A stretch of DNA of 64,000 bases from assembly GCF_036321535.1 (NCBI RefSeq), contig NC_087437.1, forward strand, positions 93,312,001-93,376,000, read 5' to 3'. Below, piece after piece: positions 38,485-51,340 of this stretch. Origin of the DNA: Camelus dromedarius (Eukaryota). The notes below the pieces were generated by a model that was not told where the DNA came from, ran no database searches, and worked only from the letters and a program-made list of their open reading frames with translations. Both the position numbers and the translations under genes were made by a program. Position 1 is the stretch's first letter, and each line of letters starts with the position of its first letter.

Positions 38485-39285
38485 TTTAAAAATTGGGGTA
38501 TAATTGATTTACAATATTATATTAGTTTCAGATGTACAACAGTGATTCAGAATTTTTATATAATATTCAATTTAAAGTTTCTAGAAAATACTGGCTATAT
38601 TATTTGTACTGTGCAATATATCCTTGTAGCTTATTTATTTTATGCATAGTAGTTTATACCTCTTAATCCTCTATGCCTATCTTGCTGCTACATCCTACCC
38701 TCTGGTAACCACTGATTTGTTCTCTGTATCTGTGACTCTGTTGCTATTTTGTTATATTCTTTTATTTTTTTAGATACTATGTATAAGCAATAACAAACAG
38801 TATTTGTCTTTCTCTGACTTATTTTAGTGAGCATAATACCACCCAGTTCCATCCACATTGTTACAAATAGTAAAATTTCATTCTTTTTATGACTGAATAG
38901 TATTCCATTACACACACACACACACCATTTATTTACTACTTCTTCTCTAACTGTTCATCCATTAATGGACACTTAAGTTGCTACCGTATTTTGGCTATTA
39001 TAAATAATGCTACCATGAACATTGGAGGCATGTATCTTTTTGAATTGATATTTTTGTTTTCTTAACGAAAGTAATGAGTAAAATTACTGAATCTTATGGT
39101 AGTTCTATTTTTAGTTTTTTGAGGAAACTTAATACTGTTTTTCCACAGTGGGTGCACCAAGCTACATTTCCACCAATAGTGTAGGAGAATACCCCTTTCT
39201 CCACATCCTCACCAACATTTGTTATTTATGGTCTTTTTGATGATAGGTATTCTGACATACGTGGGGTGATATTTCATTGTGGATA
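38485..39285 (-). mobile_element. 5'-truncated L1 (3'UTR + ORF2 end)
   Basis: TATAATTGATTTACAATATTAT...CTCTGGTAACCACT...TTTTGAGGAAAC...CCACATCCTCACCAACA. ORF 38688-38921 resembles the ORF2 C-terminus (KKNEILLFVTMWMEL). Confidence 0.88.
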
Positions 39286-39508
39286 AGAAATATACATCTA
39301 TTTCTTATATTACTAGTGAAATTGACTCTTTTTATGTTGATCAGGTGTTTCTAATTCTCACTCTATGCGAATACAATTTAATGTTGGTTCTCCAGTTTTT
39401 TTTCTTTGATTTGTAAGTGTTAGTAACATTAAACATTTTCATTAATATATGTTACAAAATTATTTGCCAGTTAATAGTTTCACTGTTAACTGTTAGGTAA
39501 TGTTTTGC

Positions 39509-39948
39509 TATTGGAGGAATTTATTGAAAGGATCTGATCACCAGTTGACCCTTGAGCTGGACCTGGGAATTGGAGCCTCCTTACCCCTCCCTGTCCTCAG
39601 AACATATGCTCTGCTCATCATTCCCACACTAGCAGCTGTTTCAAGGATGTGGTCTTTAGAGAGTAAGGTGTTGTTGAGACCATCTGGACTGAATATGTGA
39701 CTGAACTCAGTTAAGGCTTCTATATAAACTGTTAACAATTCACAGGCAGGTGCAGAGATCTACTCATATTGCTGCCACCCAAGACAAGCCTCCTATGTAA
39801 GTTCCTTTGTTTAATTAAAACGGCCACCTACCACTCCGGAGTACCTGCCTCTTTCTCTGGTTTCTCTGCTTTCTATGGCGTGGGGGGGAGGGGGTGGGCG
39901 GGCAGTTTCAAATTTCCTTTGGGAAGCTCCTGAGGGTGTGAACCAACA
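39509..39948 (+). mobile_element. ERV solo LTR with 5-bp TSD
   Basis: Termini T(A)TTGG...CCAACA, TSD TTTGC (39504-39508, 39949-39953), TATA-like TATATAAA at 39721, ATTAAA at ~39815. Confidence 0.8.
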
Positions 39949-41859
39949 TTTGCTCATGTCCAACAGGTCTCATAAATGTTTTTAGTATTTTCACACTTAG
40001 GGTAGAAATTTCTCTTTCTGTAGATAATTTTGTCTATGTTCTGTCTCTGCCAGTCCCCTGTGCATCCCTCACCTTTTCTGTACGGTCTTTCCTAACTTTT
40101 GGCTAATGCAGGTCTGGAGTTGGCTCTGTTGCTTTGGATATTTATTTTCCCACTTACATATACTTAGAAGTTTGACAAATTCTGTGTCTCCTGGTTATAC
40201 TGTGGGTGTGGGTTAGGTGTAGTTTTATTTATTCTCCTTTTAAATCTACAAGAAGGATGTCTAGAAAGATTTAATCTTAGGCAGCTATCTTTATGCAAGG
40301 AGAATCTTCTCTTATGCCTTTTGCAGTAAAGAATGATAAAGCACTGAAGACTATTTCTAAGTGTTCAATGACTCACTTAAATACTGACTATATTCCTTAT
40401 CTTGAATAGCTCCATCTGCTTACTTTATAGCTTTAAAACTACAATGTTAGAGTTGGTTGTAGGAAACCTTGATGACTCCAGTCCTTGATAGAAGTAGCTT
40501 TTGGTTAAGATTTTTTTATTCTTTCTCATCTCTTGATCATATTATTCACTACTCAGAGAACAAAATTAGTGATTTTTTTTTACATATTTCTTAAAGTAAT
40601 ACTTTCCAGAATCAAATGTAGCCAAATAGTTGATTCAGAATTATTTCCCACTATCTCAATTTGAAATATTTAAACTTTCTGCTTTTGAATATGATACGTA
40701 TTTGGATGTGGTTTCTAAATATATCCAACAATTGTTGTCTTAGTCTCATTTTTTGAACTAAAAGGAATCTTCAGCAAGAAATATTTTCCTAAGTGTGGTA
40801 TTCATATTTGGTATAGATATATGGAAGAATTTGCCACAGCACAAAACAGTGGATGTTTTTCTCAGAAACTCACAATTGTAAGAATTTTTGAATACAGTAG
40901 AAATAAAGAGTAAAGAAATGAACTAGTTGGATGTGAAACTTAATCTTTGAAACTTAATATATTCTACTTTGATCCAGAAATAGAGAGCTGTCTTGGAATA
41001 AGTTTCTAATGTCATTCTAATCATTGACAGAAAATATAATTAAAACATTTTTATAATTAAAAAAAAATCACAGTAGTTTTTAAGGTTTCTAAAATCTGGA
41101 GGATTTTAATAATAAGCACTCATTGAAAGTGCTCCATAAATGCCAAAAGTTTGAGAATCACTGGTATAAAATAAACATTTTATTTGATTTCTCCCAAATA
41201 TTTATGCTATTTGCCAAATACCATTTAATAATCAGTCCATTCTTTCTAAATGGGTTTGTGGATCATCATCACTTTTGTGTCCTTTTCTCTATTTTGATTT
41301 GTCTAATTGCCTTCTGACTATTTTTTTACATTGTTCAGTCAGGAATGTGTGTGTGTGTGTGTACATGTGCATGCGCACGTGGTTGTATTGCACTATTTGA
41401 TTTATTATAAATTTCTTATAAATTTTACTGTAAAAAAAGAGAATTAGTTGCTCCTTTTCCTTAATGACTAATTTTAAACACAGCCCCCTTGACTCTTTTC
41501 ATCACTTTTTGGAAATTGTCTCTTGGTCACCTGCATTTGCCCTTTAAAGAATTTTTTGAAATGAAATATATTTGATCATCAGAAGCTTTCTCATGGGACC
41601 TCTTCTGACTTGACCTCAAAGGTGTCCAAGGAAAATACAGTTATTCTCAATATTGTAGACAACTCTCTGCATCCCCATTCCATGGAAGCATTTTATAACA
41701 ACTCATTAGCTAGTACAGCATGCTAGAAAGATCTGTTCACTGTTCAGCTTGCTTCAGCTGGTTTGAGTTTTGTTCATTAGTTTTCCCTCTCTTCTTCCCT
41801 TCTTACGTCAATTCTCTCCTTCCTTCCCTCTTTTATCTCCAGTTTTTCTCTTCCTATTC

Positions 41860-42476
41860 TTTCTTCAACCTAATTAATCAGGTTTTATCTCCATCACACC
41901 AATAATCCCTGTATGCTAAAGTCACCAATGACCTCCAATTTGTTTAATCCAATGTTATTTGTCAGTTCTCCTATTTTTTGAGCTAGCAGCTGTTTCTCCT
42001 TGAAGTACTTTCTTCTCTTGGTTTCTCTGACACCTCACTTGCCTGGTGTTCTTATTAATTTGCTGGCCACCAATTTTCTTAGTTCTTTCTCTTTCTCTAA
42101 CATCTCAGTGTGAGAATGCCTTGATCTTGGATCTTGGCTCTCAGTTATTTCTCTGATTCTGTCTCATAATACTCTCTCTTATTCCTTCACTCCAGCTATC
42201 CTGGGGGCCTTGCTGTTTCTAGAAATGGTGGACATGCTGTTGCATCAAGACCTATGCAATTTCTCTTATCTGTCTGGAATACCTTTCCTTCATATGTCCA
42301 CATGGTACATTCTGTCACTTCCTTCTGGTCTTCATTCAGAGATCACCTTCTCCATGAGGATTTCTCTGACCATTCTGTTTGTGATACAATACATTCTATA
42401 TACTCTCTTCCACCCACTACAATTCACATCCTCTTTTCCAGCTTCTTTTTTCTCTTTAGAACTCAATACTATCTTG

Positions 42477-42539
<63 letters not shown>

Positions 42540-42690
42540 TATAGTATATATTGTCTCCCCCACTAAAATATAAAATTCTACTAACTCATTGGTTCTTATA
42601 TTTGATTCAATATAGTATAACCAGCAACTGAAAAAAAGTTCATGGCTCTAATTGCTCATTATATATTTATTGTATAAATTAATGAATAAT
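41860..42690 (+). mobile_element. L2 LINE relic
   Basis: AAAGTCACCAATGACCTCC, TTCTTCTCTTGGTTTC, TGTCTGGAATACC...CCTTCTCCATGAGG, TGTCTCCCCCACTAAAATATAAA and a TAAATTAATGAATAA tail. Confidence 0.7.
42481..42533. repeat. (CA)n microsatellite
   Basis: About 26 uninterrupted AC units. Confidence 0.98.
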
Positions 42691-44011
42691 TTTCATATTC
42701 TCTGTTATTAATGTTTACTCCATTATATTTTAATATACTTGATATATATACTTCTGCAAGCTATTAAAATTTTTGTGTTTTATCCCTTTTATCTATCCTT
42801 ACAGTTTGTCTTTTTTAGTTTTAGTCTTGTAGGCTGCACATTTCTATGGAATTAATTCCATATATTTTCTGGGTCACTGATATATAAAATTATATTTTGG
42901 TTTCCTTCATTAATTAACGTTCTTTATCTGGGCACAAAATTTTGACATTCACAAAATTTCCTCTCAACACTAAAATTTTCTCTTGTATCTTTTCCATTTA
43001 ATCTGGCAGGGGAGAAACATGAGCTGGTCAGATTTTACTATTTGTACACAGCAATTTCTTTCTTTCTAGCAAGCTGTTTGAATAATATATGTATTTTTTA
43101 CTTTATTATAAGTTTCAAGTTTTAAATGAGAGAAAATAGATTTATATATCATTATTTTTTCATAAATATTATCTGGGACGGTTTGACAGTACCATCCCCG
43201 ACAGTCGCAGCAGTTTTCTTTAGGTATGTATCTCTAAATATTTTTTGTTTTAATGTTTTATTTTTTCTTCATAAACATCTTATGTTTCGAGTTTTTACCT
43301 TCACTTTATACTCTGTATCTGTTAAATTTTCTCTGGTCATTTTTGTTATTTTATCTTTCAGTTACGTAGTCTAAAATTTTTTATTTACTGATTCAGAAAG
43401 TCTATTTTAATACCCATTGTTTGCTTTCAACTCCAAAAAGGTAAACTTTAATTCTACTGTTTAACTTTTAGCTTCCTGGCAATTTTACCTTCTGCCACTA
43501 AGGAATTTTTAGTTTCTTTCACTTGTCTTTAACTATGTCCTACTGTCTTTCATTTCCGCATGTTTTCTTCCTGTGGATAACTGCACATATTTCATGGAAA
43601 TGCCTAGTTGTATTATTTTGAACACAAATGATAACCATTTTTAGGTTTTTTCCCCTTACTCCAGAAATAAATTACTTTCAGAGTTTTTTATTTTTTCCTT
43701 TTCTGAGTCTACAAAGTAATCTTCACTTACCTAGTGTTGAAGTAGTTTTATTCAGGACTCATTCTTTCCTTTCCTTTATATTCATACTTAAAGGATGAAA
43801 AATTAATCAAATTCAAGTCAAAATTTGATGATAAACTAGATTTGTAAATTTGCCTTGACTTCATTTTTGTTTGAGTGTTGTGAAATATTTTTTCTCAGAT
43901 GCACACCTGAGAGCACATTTATGGTATTTAAGTAGTTACCCTTGTTTAGTAGAATTCATTAAATGTTCTGCTTAACTGAAATGGAAACATTTCCTAAGGT
44001 ATTTTCTTATT

Positions 44012-44240
44012 TATTTATTTTTCACTGACGTATTGTTGATTTACAATGTTGTGTTAATTTCTGGTATATAGCATAGTGATTCATATATTAATATATATTC
44101 CTTTTCATATTCTTTTTCATTATAGGGCATTACAAGACATTGAATATAGTTCCCTGTGCTATACAGTAGGACCTTGTTATTTATCTATATCTCTCCCCAT
44201 CCTCTTTCCCCTTCTGGTAACCATAAGTTTGTTTTCTATA
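44012..44240 (-). mobile_element. Short L1 3' end
   Basis: TTGATTTACAATGTTGTGTT...GAATATAGTTCCCTGTGCTATACAGTAGGACC. Flanking repeat ATTTTCTTATT at 44001-44011 and 44245-44255. Confidence 0.88.
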
Positions 44241-45244
44241 AAGCATTTTCTTATTCTCTGAAGCTCTAAACTAAGGCACTATTTGAAAAATTACAGTTCT
44301 TATAATTATAATAATTATATATTTATAATAATTACAGTCCTTGTACTTCTATCAGTGATATGCCATGTACATCAGCTTGTATAAATACGTAAATCGTATC
44401 TTCCAAAGTACCACCATGTGCCTAATTCGTTAGAATCAGCACTTCCCTGTCTTTTTGTAGAATGGAAGTTAACTGATTTGAGGGAATGGGTGCAGAGTCA
44501 GGCCTCTACAGTGAAAGCAATTCTCATCAGTATACAGAAGGCTATTCTGCATCTTGAAATAGTCGGGAAGAAGGTATACTTCTTTTTCTTCTTACCTTAT
44601 CTTTGAGGGCAGAAGGCTTTCTCTGTTTCAGAGGGTACATAGCACATTGATTGGGTCACTAATACAGGTCTCATTAGGTTTATTTTTATAATGTTGACAT
44701 GTCAGATTTTGATGACTGGTTGATGTTAGTTTAAAGCTTCAGTGCTACCGTGCGTAACTAGTATTTTCCATGCATTCCCTCTAATTTTTGTGGTGAGCTA
44801 TATGACACTGGACTGGGAGTCTGTTAGATATCACTGAAACCATAAATCTTTGGCATAAGAAATTGAGAAATGTTTTTCTTTTATTATCAGAAATATTTAA
44901 GATAATATTTAAGCAGAGAATAGATAGTACATGACACTTGTTCAGATTTAGTAGTAGAGTTTCTTGAATATGATAAAGGTTGTGTTAAATCCATTATGTT
45001 CTTCTACAGGAAAAATATTGACATGGAAGGAATATACAAGTGAGAGAAAATATTTAAATATTTATATTAATGTAGATATATAAAAATAAAAATACTGAAA
45101 TACTTAAATCCCCATGTGATAGATACATAAAGTACAGTCATGGAAAAATAATACAACTTTCTAAGCCACAATTTCAGTAACTGTAAAATGGAAGAATACT
45201 ACTTCACAGGATGATAGTGAGACTGAAATGAAACAAAAACTTTT

Positions 45245-45790
45245 AACAGCTTTTATTGAGGTATAATTGACATATAATAAACTTCACATACTTGAAGTGT
45301 ACAATTTGTTAAGTATTAACATACGCATATACCTGTACAGTCATTGTCGTAATCACAACAGTGAACATTTACTACAACCCCCAAATTTTCCTTGTGCCCT
45401 TTTGTCACTTTTCTGTTCTGCCCCCCTTCACTGTAGCCCATCTACCTCTGATCTGGTTTCTGTCACTATGGATTATTTTCTGTCACGAGGTCAGTTTGTA
45501 TTTTCTAGCATTTTTCCATAAATGGAATCATACAGCACATACACAATTCTTTGTCTGACTTTTTAAACTCAGCCTATTTTGAGATTCACCCATGTTGTAA
45601 TGTGTATGGTAGTTTATTTACTTTTATTGCTAAGTTGTATTCTATTGTTTATTTACTTTTATACCTGATGATGGACACTTGGGTTATTTCTAATTTTGAT
45701 TATTATGAAGAGAGTTGCTAAAGATATTCACATATAAATCTTATATAAGAGTATGATTTCTTCTCCTCAGCAAAACCTGAAGATATATGT
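45245..45790 (-). mobile_element. Old L1 (L1MB/L1MC-like) 3' fragment
   Basis: AACAGCTTTTATTGAGGTATAATTGACATATAATAAAC...AAATGGAATCATACAG...TTTTGAGATTCACCCATGTTG. Confidence 0.8.
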
Positions 45791-46098
45791 ATACATATAT
45801 TTAACTTTTATATAATATTTTTTTTAACTTTTTAAGAAAGTAAGGCAATTTATAGGAAAGTTTATCTTAGCGCATTATAAAATGCAATTTAAATGTATGT
45901 TATGATTTAGAAATACACTTATTTTGGCTGGTCATTGTGATATGGCTAAAATAATCTATTCAAATTTAATAAGTAAATTACTAAATCAAAGTGAGCATAT
46001 TATAGTACATAATTCTCAAAAACCTTGGACAAGACCTGAAAGACTTAAATAAAAATTGGATCAGTTAGATGCTTCATTAAGAACAACATTTTTATACA

Positions 46099-46400
46099 AA
46101 ACAGAAACAGACTCATAGAAATAGAATACAAACTTGTTGCGGGGGGGAAGGGGTGGGAAGGGACAGACTGGGAGTTCGAAATTTGTTGATACTGACAGGT
46201 ATACATAGAATAGATAAACAAGATTATACTGTATAGCACAGGAAAATGTATACAAGATCTTGTGGTAGCTCATGGTGAAAAAGTGGTGACAGTGGCGACA
46301 ATGAATATATGTATGTTCATGTATAGCTGAAAAATTGTGCTCTACACTGGAAATTGACACAGCATTGTAAACTGTAACTCAATAAAATAAAATTAAAAAA
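46099..46400 (+). mobile_element. Young 5'-truncated L1 3' end with perfect TSD
   Basis: Perfect 17-bp direct repeat AACAACATTTTTATACA at 46082-46098 and 46401-46417. AATAAA plus A-rich tail. Same family as the 32595 element. Confidence 0.93.
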
Positions 46401-47894
46401 AACAACATTTTTATACAGTGTTAAAAAATTGTGCGTAAGTATATATATATGGATATACAGGCAATGATTAAACTTACCCATGTGGTGTGATGTATATAAA
46501 AGATCATTTTGTTTATCATAAAAAGACTTGGGTTTCATTATCCTAAACTATTGCTCAGTCTCCCCAAGGCACTGTCTAAGGTATACTGTCTCAGCTATTC
46601 TGTGTCTGAAATAGAAAAGTCATACCAGTCCATTTTCTCTTTAGCAAGCAGAATTAAATTAAGAGAAAAAAGATTGAACTTCGTAGAAAAAGCAATAGTA
46701 AAATAGATTATAATGTAAATGTAAAATAAGGTGGAAAAGTTTATGGAGTCACATTGAGAGTCGTCTTGAATCTATGTATATGGTTACATTTTTGCTTAGT
46801 TACTTATGTTCTCCTTAAATTAGGTCCCAGGGGTAAGAGATTAGAAACATGGTTATGTTATGACTGTCCAAAAGGAAATCACAAAGTGAGAGATAAGAAG
46901 GAAAGAGAAAGACAGTGGAGGAGTCATCAAATCACTTGTGGGATGGCCTAATGCAGAATAGCAGCAGAAGCCCTGGATTCCCAAGCTTTTTGCCTGCTTT
47001 GAAATGATTATTTGAAATAAAGATAATGACACTTAAAGAGTTTGTTAAATATTTTTTTAAAAGAGTGATTTGCCCCATGCTTGTAATAGTTTATATGATA
47101 AAATTTAAAATATTCTGAATGAATAAAAGACTTAAACTACAGTAAAAAATTGACATTTTGCTGCTTAATTTTTGGTGATGTTAGGTAAAAGAGAGATTCC
47201 TCTACTATCTCAGACTATGTGACATGGTAGAAAAATCCAAATGAAATGAATAAGAAGATACAGAAAGGACAGCAACAAGAAAGAAATAGCAAGAAATTAT
47301 CAAGCCCAATTTTGCATTTCAGAGATAAATTGAAAACTGAAGTGTTGGGTTGACTTTCTTATGGCCATTCAGAGTGTTAATAGCAAAATTTTGATATACT
47401 GACAAAAAGTTTTGTGCCCCTTCATTTATTCATTTATAATTTGGTACCATCACTATCTTTGCACCATCTGACTGATCAGCAGATATTTGATCCTATCAAA
47501 AATGTTCATAAGACATTTGGTCCTGTCCAAAATAATCTAGCATGAACCAAATATGCATGTTTAGATAAACACCTTCAGACTTACTGTCTTTTATTTACTC
47601 AAATGTAATACTTTCAATGTTCAAAGTTTCCATTCAGAAGCATTGACAATTTCACCTTCTCTAATAGCTCATTGTCTGCCATAAAGAAGAAGCTTACTAA
47701 CCAAGGATCACAGCCCAGCCTGGAATCAGTGGGGATGGTATTCTTACATCAGTCCAAAATCACTGACGGTAAACTTCACTCCTGAGAGGCTTAGTGCCTG
47801 CTTATTATGGTCCTGGCTGCATTCACAGGCTCTTATTCAGATGAGTTTAGGATCTGCTCTCCTGAGCTTGCTAGTGATACAAAAGGCAGAATGA

Positions 47895-48130
47895 ATGATC
47901 GTAGGAAGAGCCTTGGTGTGGGATTGATCTCAGCTTGACTGCTGATTACTATCCTTACTTGCTGTGTGATCCTGGGTATTTTTTGTCTTCTAAGTTTATC
48001 TGTACTACAGATTCCTCGTATGTAGAACAGGGATTACCATACCTCTTGCCAGTGTTGTTGTGATGACAGTCTATGATCTTGTAAATTGTCTAGTGGAAGA
48101 GGCACAACAGAGAATTCTTCATAAGTAACA
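47895..48130 (+). mobile_element. MIR SINE relic
   Basis: CTTACTTGCTGTGTGATCCTGGG...TTCCTCGTATGTAGAACAGGGAT...GTTGTTGTGATGA. Confidence 0.6.
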
Positions 48131-49217
48131 ATTCTCTTTTCTTTCTGCTTCAGCTTAACCTCTGATCTCCCATTGAACCTCTACACTGAGCAAAGTCAGG
48201 GAGTTTCCTCCCGATGCTGTGACTGTTCTAATGATACGAAAGCCCCTGTTTTTCTTTATGCGAGCTCGGTCATTATCACTGGTGTACTCTTCCTTCATTT
48301 CAGTTAAAAAATAAACAATTATTTAGAAAGACTGCCATTCTTAGTGCTCAAGATGGTAACATTTAAATAACTTAATTTCATTTTTAATATGTTATAATTG
48401 TACATGACTTCCTGGCAACTACTGATGTTTTAATGGTCTAGGAGTGAAAAAGCCTACTTCTGACTAAAACTTGTGAGTAAGCCAGACTTTTTTGCTTTTA
48501 ACGTGTTAACTTTGATATAGCAAACTTTTCCCTTTTATCATGTTGGAAATTTTTTTTCAGTACTCATGTGTTGTTCTAGATTATCTGTAATGTTTCAGAA
48601 TATAATTTTTCTAAGTATAAGTTTATGACCATTAAGAATGGTACTCTTTGGTTATATTTTATATTATTATAATTAGTAATAATATATTGTTTATGGTTAT
48701 TAATATTTTTCATTATGTGAGTATTTATAAACAATAGGGATAGTAGAATCAGATTATATTACCACATTATCTTAATAGCATGGAACAATTTATTTGATAA
48801 AAATTGAATGATAGGTAATACCTTTCATTTATTGATGTTCTATTTCATGCAGCATGATTTGGATTCCATGATAGCTGATTATGAAGTTTCCCCTTGATAT
48901 ATTTCCAATAGAAAAATATTTTGTCTCCATAAACATCAACACATAAATAAGAAATTGATGAAGAAGTTTTCCTGTTGTCTTTCAACTGTACTAAGACAAA
49001 ATACACACCTTCTTTTTTTTTTTTCTTACAAACTTGAAATATCATGTTAAATGGCATTCATTTTAAACCCAAGGTATGAAATTTCTCCAAGTGTTTTAGC
49101 TGAGTCTTTTACAATGACAAAATATTGCACCTCCAGCCTCAAATTTTAACTACAACTTTTCTCTAGGGTCTTCAATTTGAATCCTACATTGTAATAATTA
49201 ACCATTTAGGTAGTTGC

Positions 49218-49723
49218 TATTACTGTGTTCAGCTACCAAAAAACCACAGTATCTTGTAAAAAGGGAAATAACACATATGAAATACAGCAAAGGGAAAGAG
49301 AGAGAGGTTTAAGGTATTGGCTCACATGATTGTGGAGGCTTGGAAAGTCCGAACTGTAGGATCAGCCAGTAGGCTGGAGACCCAGGAAGAGTTAATGCTG
49401 CAGCTTGAGACTGAAGCCGGTCTGGAGGCAGAATTCCCTCATTCACAGTGTACTTTATGCTGTTTTCTTAAGACCTTCGACTAATTGGATGAGACTCAAC
49501 TATATTATGGAGGATAATCAGCTTTACTCAAAAATCTTTTGATTTAATTTCTTCCTTTTTTCTTTTTTTGAAGTATAGTGAATTTACAATGTTGTAAAAA
49601 ATCTACTGATTTAAATGTTAATCTCAACTTGAAAATAACTCCATAGGAACATCCAGTAACAGTCTGAACAAATATCTGGGTACTGTGACCTAGCTAAGTT
49701 GACACATAAAACTAGCCATCACA
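49218..49723 (-). mobile_element. MLT2-like (ERVL) solo LTR with a tiny nested L1 tail
   Basis: TTGGCTCACATGATTGTGGAGGCT...GCTGGAGACCCAGG...AAGTTGACACATAAAACTAGCCATCACA. Confidence 0.85.
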
Positions 49724-49851
49724 GAAGCTAAGCAAGAGGGCAGCACTGAATAAATGCTCAGAGTGAGTAATTTTGACTCAGTCCCACTAGGTAGCTCTAA
49801 ACACAGCCTAGGATACATTTTAAGAGTTATCTCAAATCAGGGGACAAGGAG

Positions 49852-49852
<1 letters not shown>

Positions 49853-49901
<49 letters not shown>
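49853..49901. repeat. (TA)n microsatellite
   Basis: Direct inspection. Confidence 0.98.
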
Positions 49902-49903
<2 letters not shown>

Positions 49904-50719
49904 TCTTTCTTCTGCAGTTGTTAGTCCAGGGCTGCTCCTCAGGGGCCTTAATTTGTTAGTACTTGTGTGAGCAGACAAAGCAATCCCAGAAGCCTGAGGG
50001 CATTCCTCTAACAAAGAGGTCCAAGAGTGACAGAATGTCTGGAGCCAGTGTATCCTCTGAAAAGTAAAGAGATCCAGTGGTTCACTGACATCATTTGCAT
50101 GTGCATAAGGGGTTGGGGAAAACACATGAGGTTTAAGGTACAGTCTGGGTCTAAATCATGAAGGTTTTTTGGGATATATAAAAGAATATGGATTTCATAT
50201 GAAGGTAGGATAGTGCCAGGCTTATCAGTGTCAGTCTTTCTGAGGAATTATCATTTGAAATAATTATTTATTATCCTTGGAGTCTCTAATTAAGGAGGTC
50301 TAAGCTTGGGCATGTAATGTTTTTAGGATTGATGTTTCAGGCAGGGGACTTCTTGAAAGAGTTGCACAGGGGCAGGACATGATCATATTTGTACTTTACA
50401 AATAGCACACTTGTAGCAGCTTGAAAGAAGGCAAAGCTGGAAGGAAAAATACTACTTTAGGACAAATACAATAGTGTGTTTATGTGAAAGGGAGATTCAG
50501 GATACATTTAGGTGGCAAATTTGACAAAATTGTCTAAAGTGGGATGAGAAAGAGAAGGATTCGTCAGTGATAATTTCTGAATCATTGGCATGGGAGATGG
50601 AAGTGATAGTGATGCCAGACACTGAAATATAAAACCTGGAGGTAGAATTTGGTGGGAAAAATGGTGAAGGAGGTCTGAAGTATCAGTGGGACATCAAGGA
50701 AGAGATGACTATGAATTAG

Positions 50720-51041
50720 TGTCTTAGTCTAGACTGCTATAGCAAAATACCACAGACAAGGTGGTTTTTATAGAACAAAAATCTATTTCTCATGGTTCTG
50801 GAGATGGAGATCTGAGGTCAGAGTGCCAGCATGGTCAGGCTGCAGACTTCCGTCTTCACTTGGTAGCAGGGGCAAGGGAGCTCACTTGGGGCTCTGTTCT
50901 AAGGGCATTAATCTCATTCACGAGGGCTCTGCTCTCATGATCTCATCACCTTCCAAAGATCTTGCCTCCTAAGACCACCACACTGGGCATTAAAGTTTCA
51001 AACCTGAACTTTGGAGGGACATAAATATTCAGATCATAGCA
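50720..51041 (-). mobile_element. MLT1A-like MaLR solo LTR
   Basis: TGTCTTAGTC...AAAATACCACAGAC...CTCATGATCTCATCACCT...CAGATCATAGCA. 5-bp TSD ATTAG/GTTAG. Confidence 0.88.
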
Positions 51042-51108
51042 GTTAGAAAGTATCTGAATGGAAGGTTCTTGACTGAAGGTAAAGTTTTTTTGAGTTCTTG
51101 GTATAGAT

Positions 51109-51340
51109 CAGGCATTAACAAACTATGGCCCACAGACGAAATCCATCCTACCAAGTGTTTTTGTAAACAAAATTTTATTGGAACAAACGCACTCATTTGT
51201 TTACGAATAGTCTCTGGCAGCTTTCCATCTATACAACAGAATTGATCACAGATACCCCTGTGGTGGCCGAGAACATACGGCCCATGTAGCCAGAAATACT
51301 TCCTATGTGACTCTTTTCATAAAAAGTATGCAGACTCCTG
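51109..51340. mobile_element. MER58A-like hAT-Charlie MITE
   Basis: CAGG...AAACTATGGCCC...TTTTATTGGAAC...CTCCTG. 8-bp TSD GTATAGAT/GTGTAGAT (51101-51108, 51341-51348). Confidence 0.88.
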
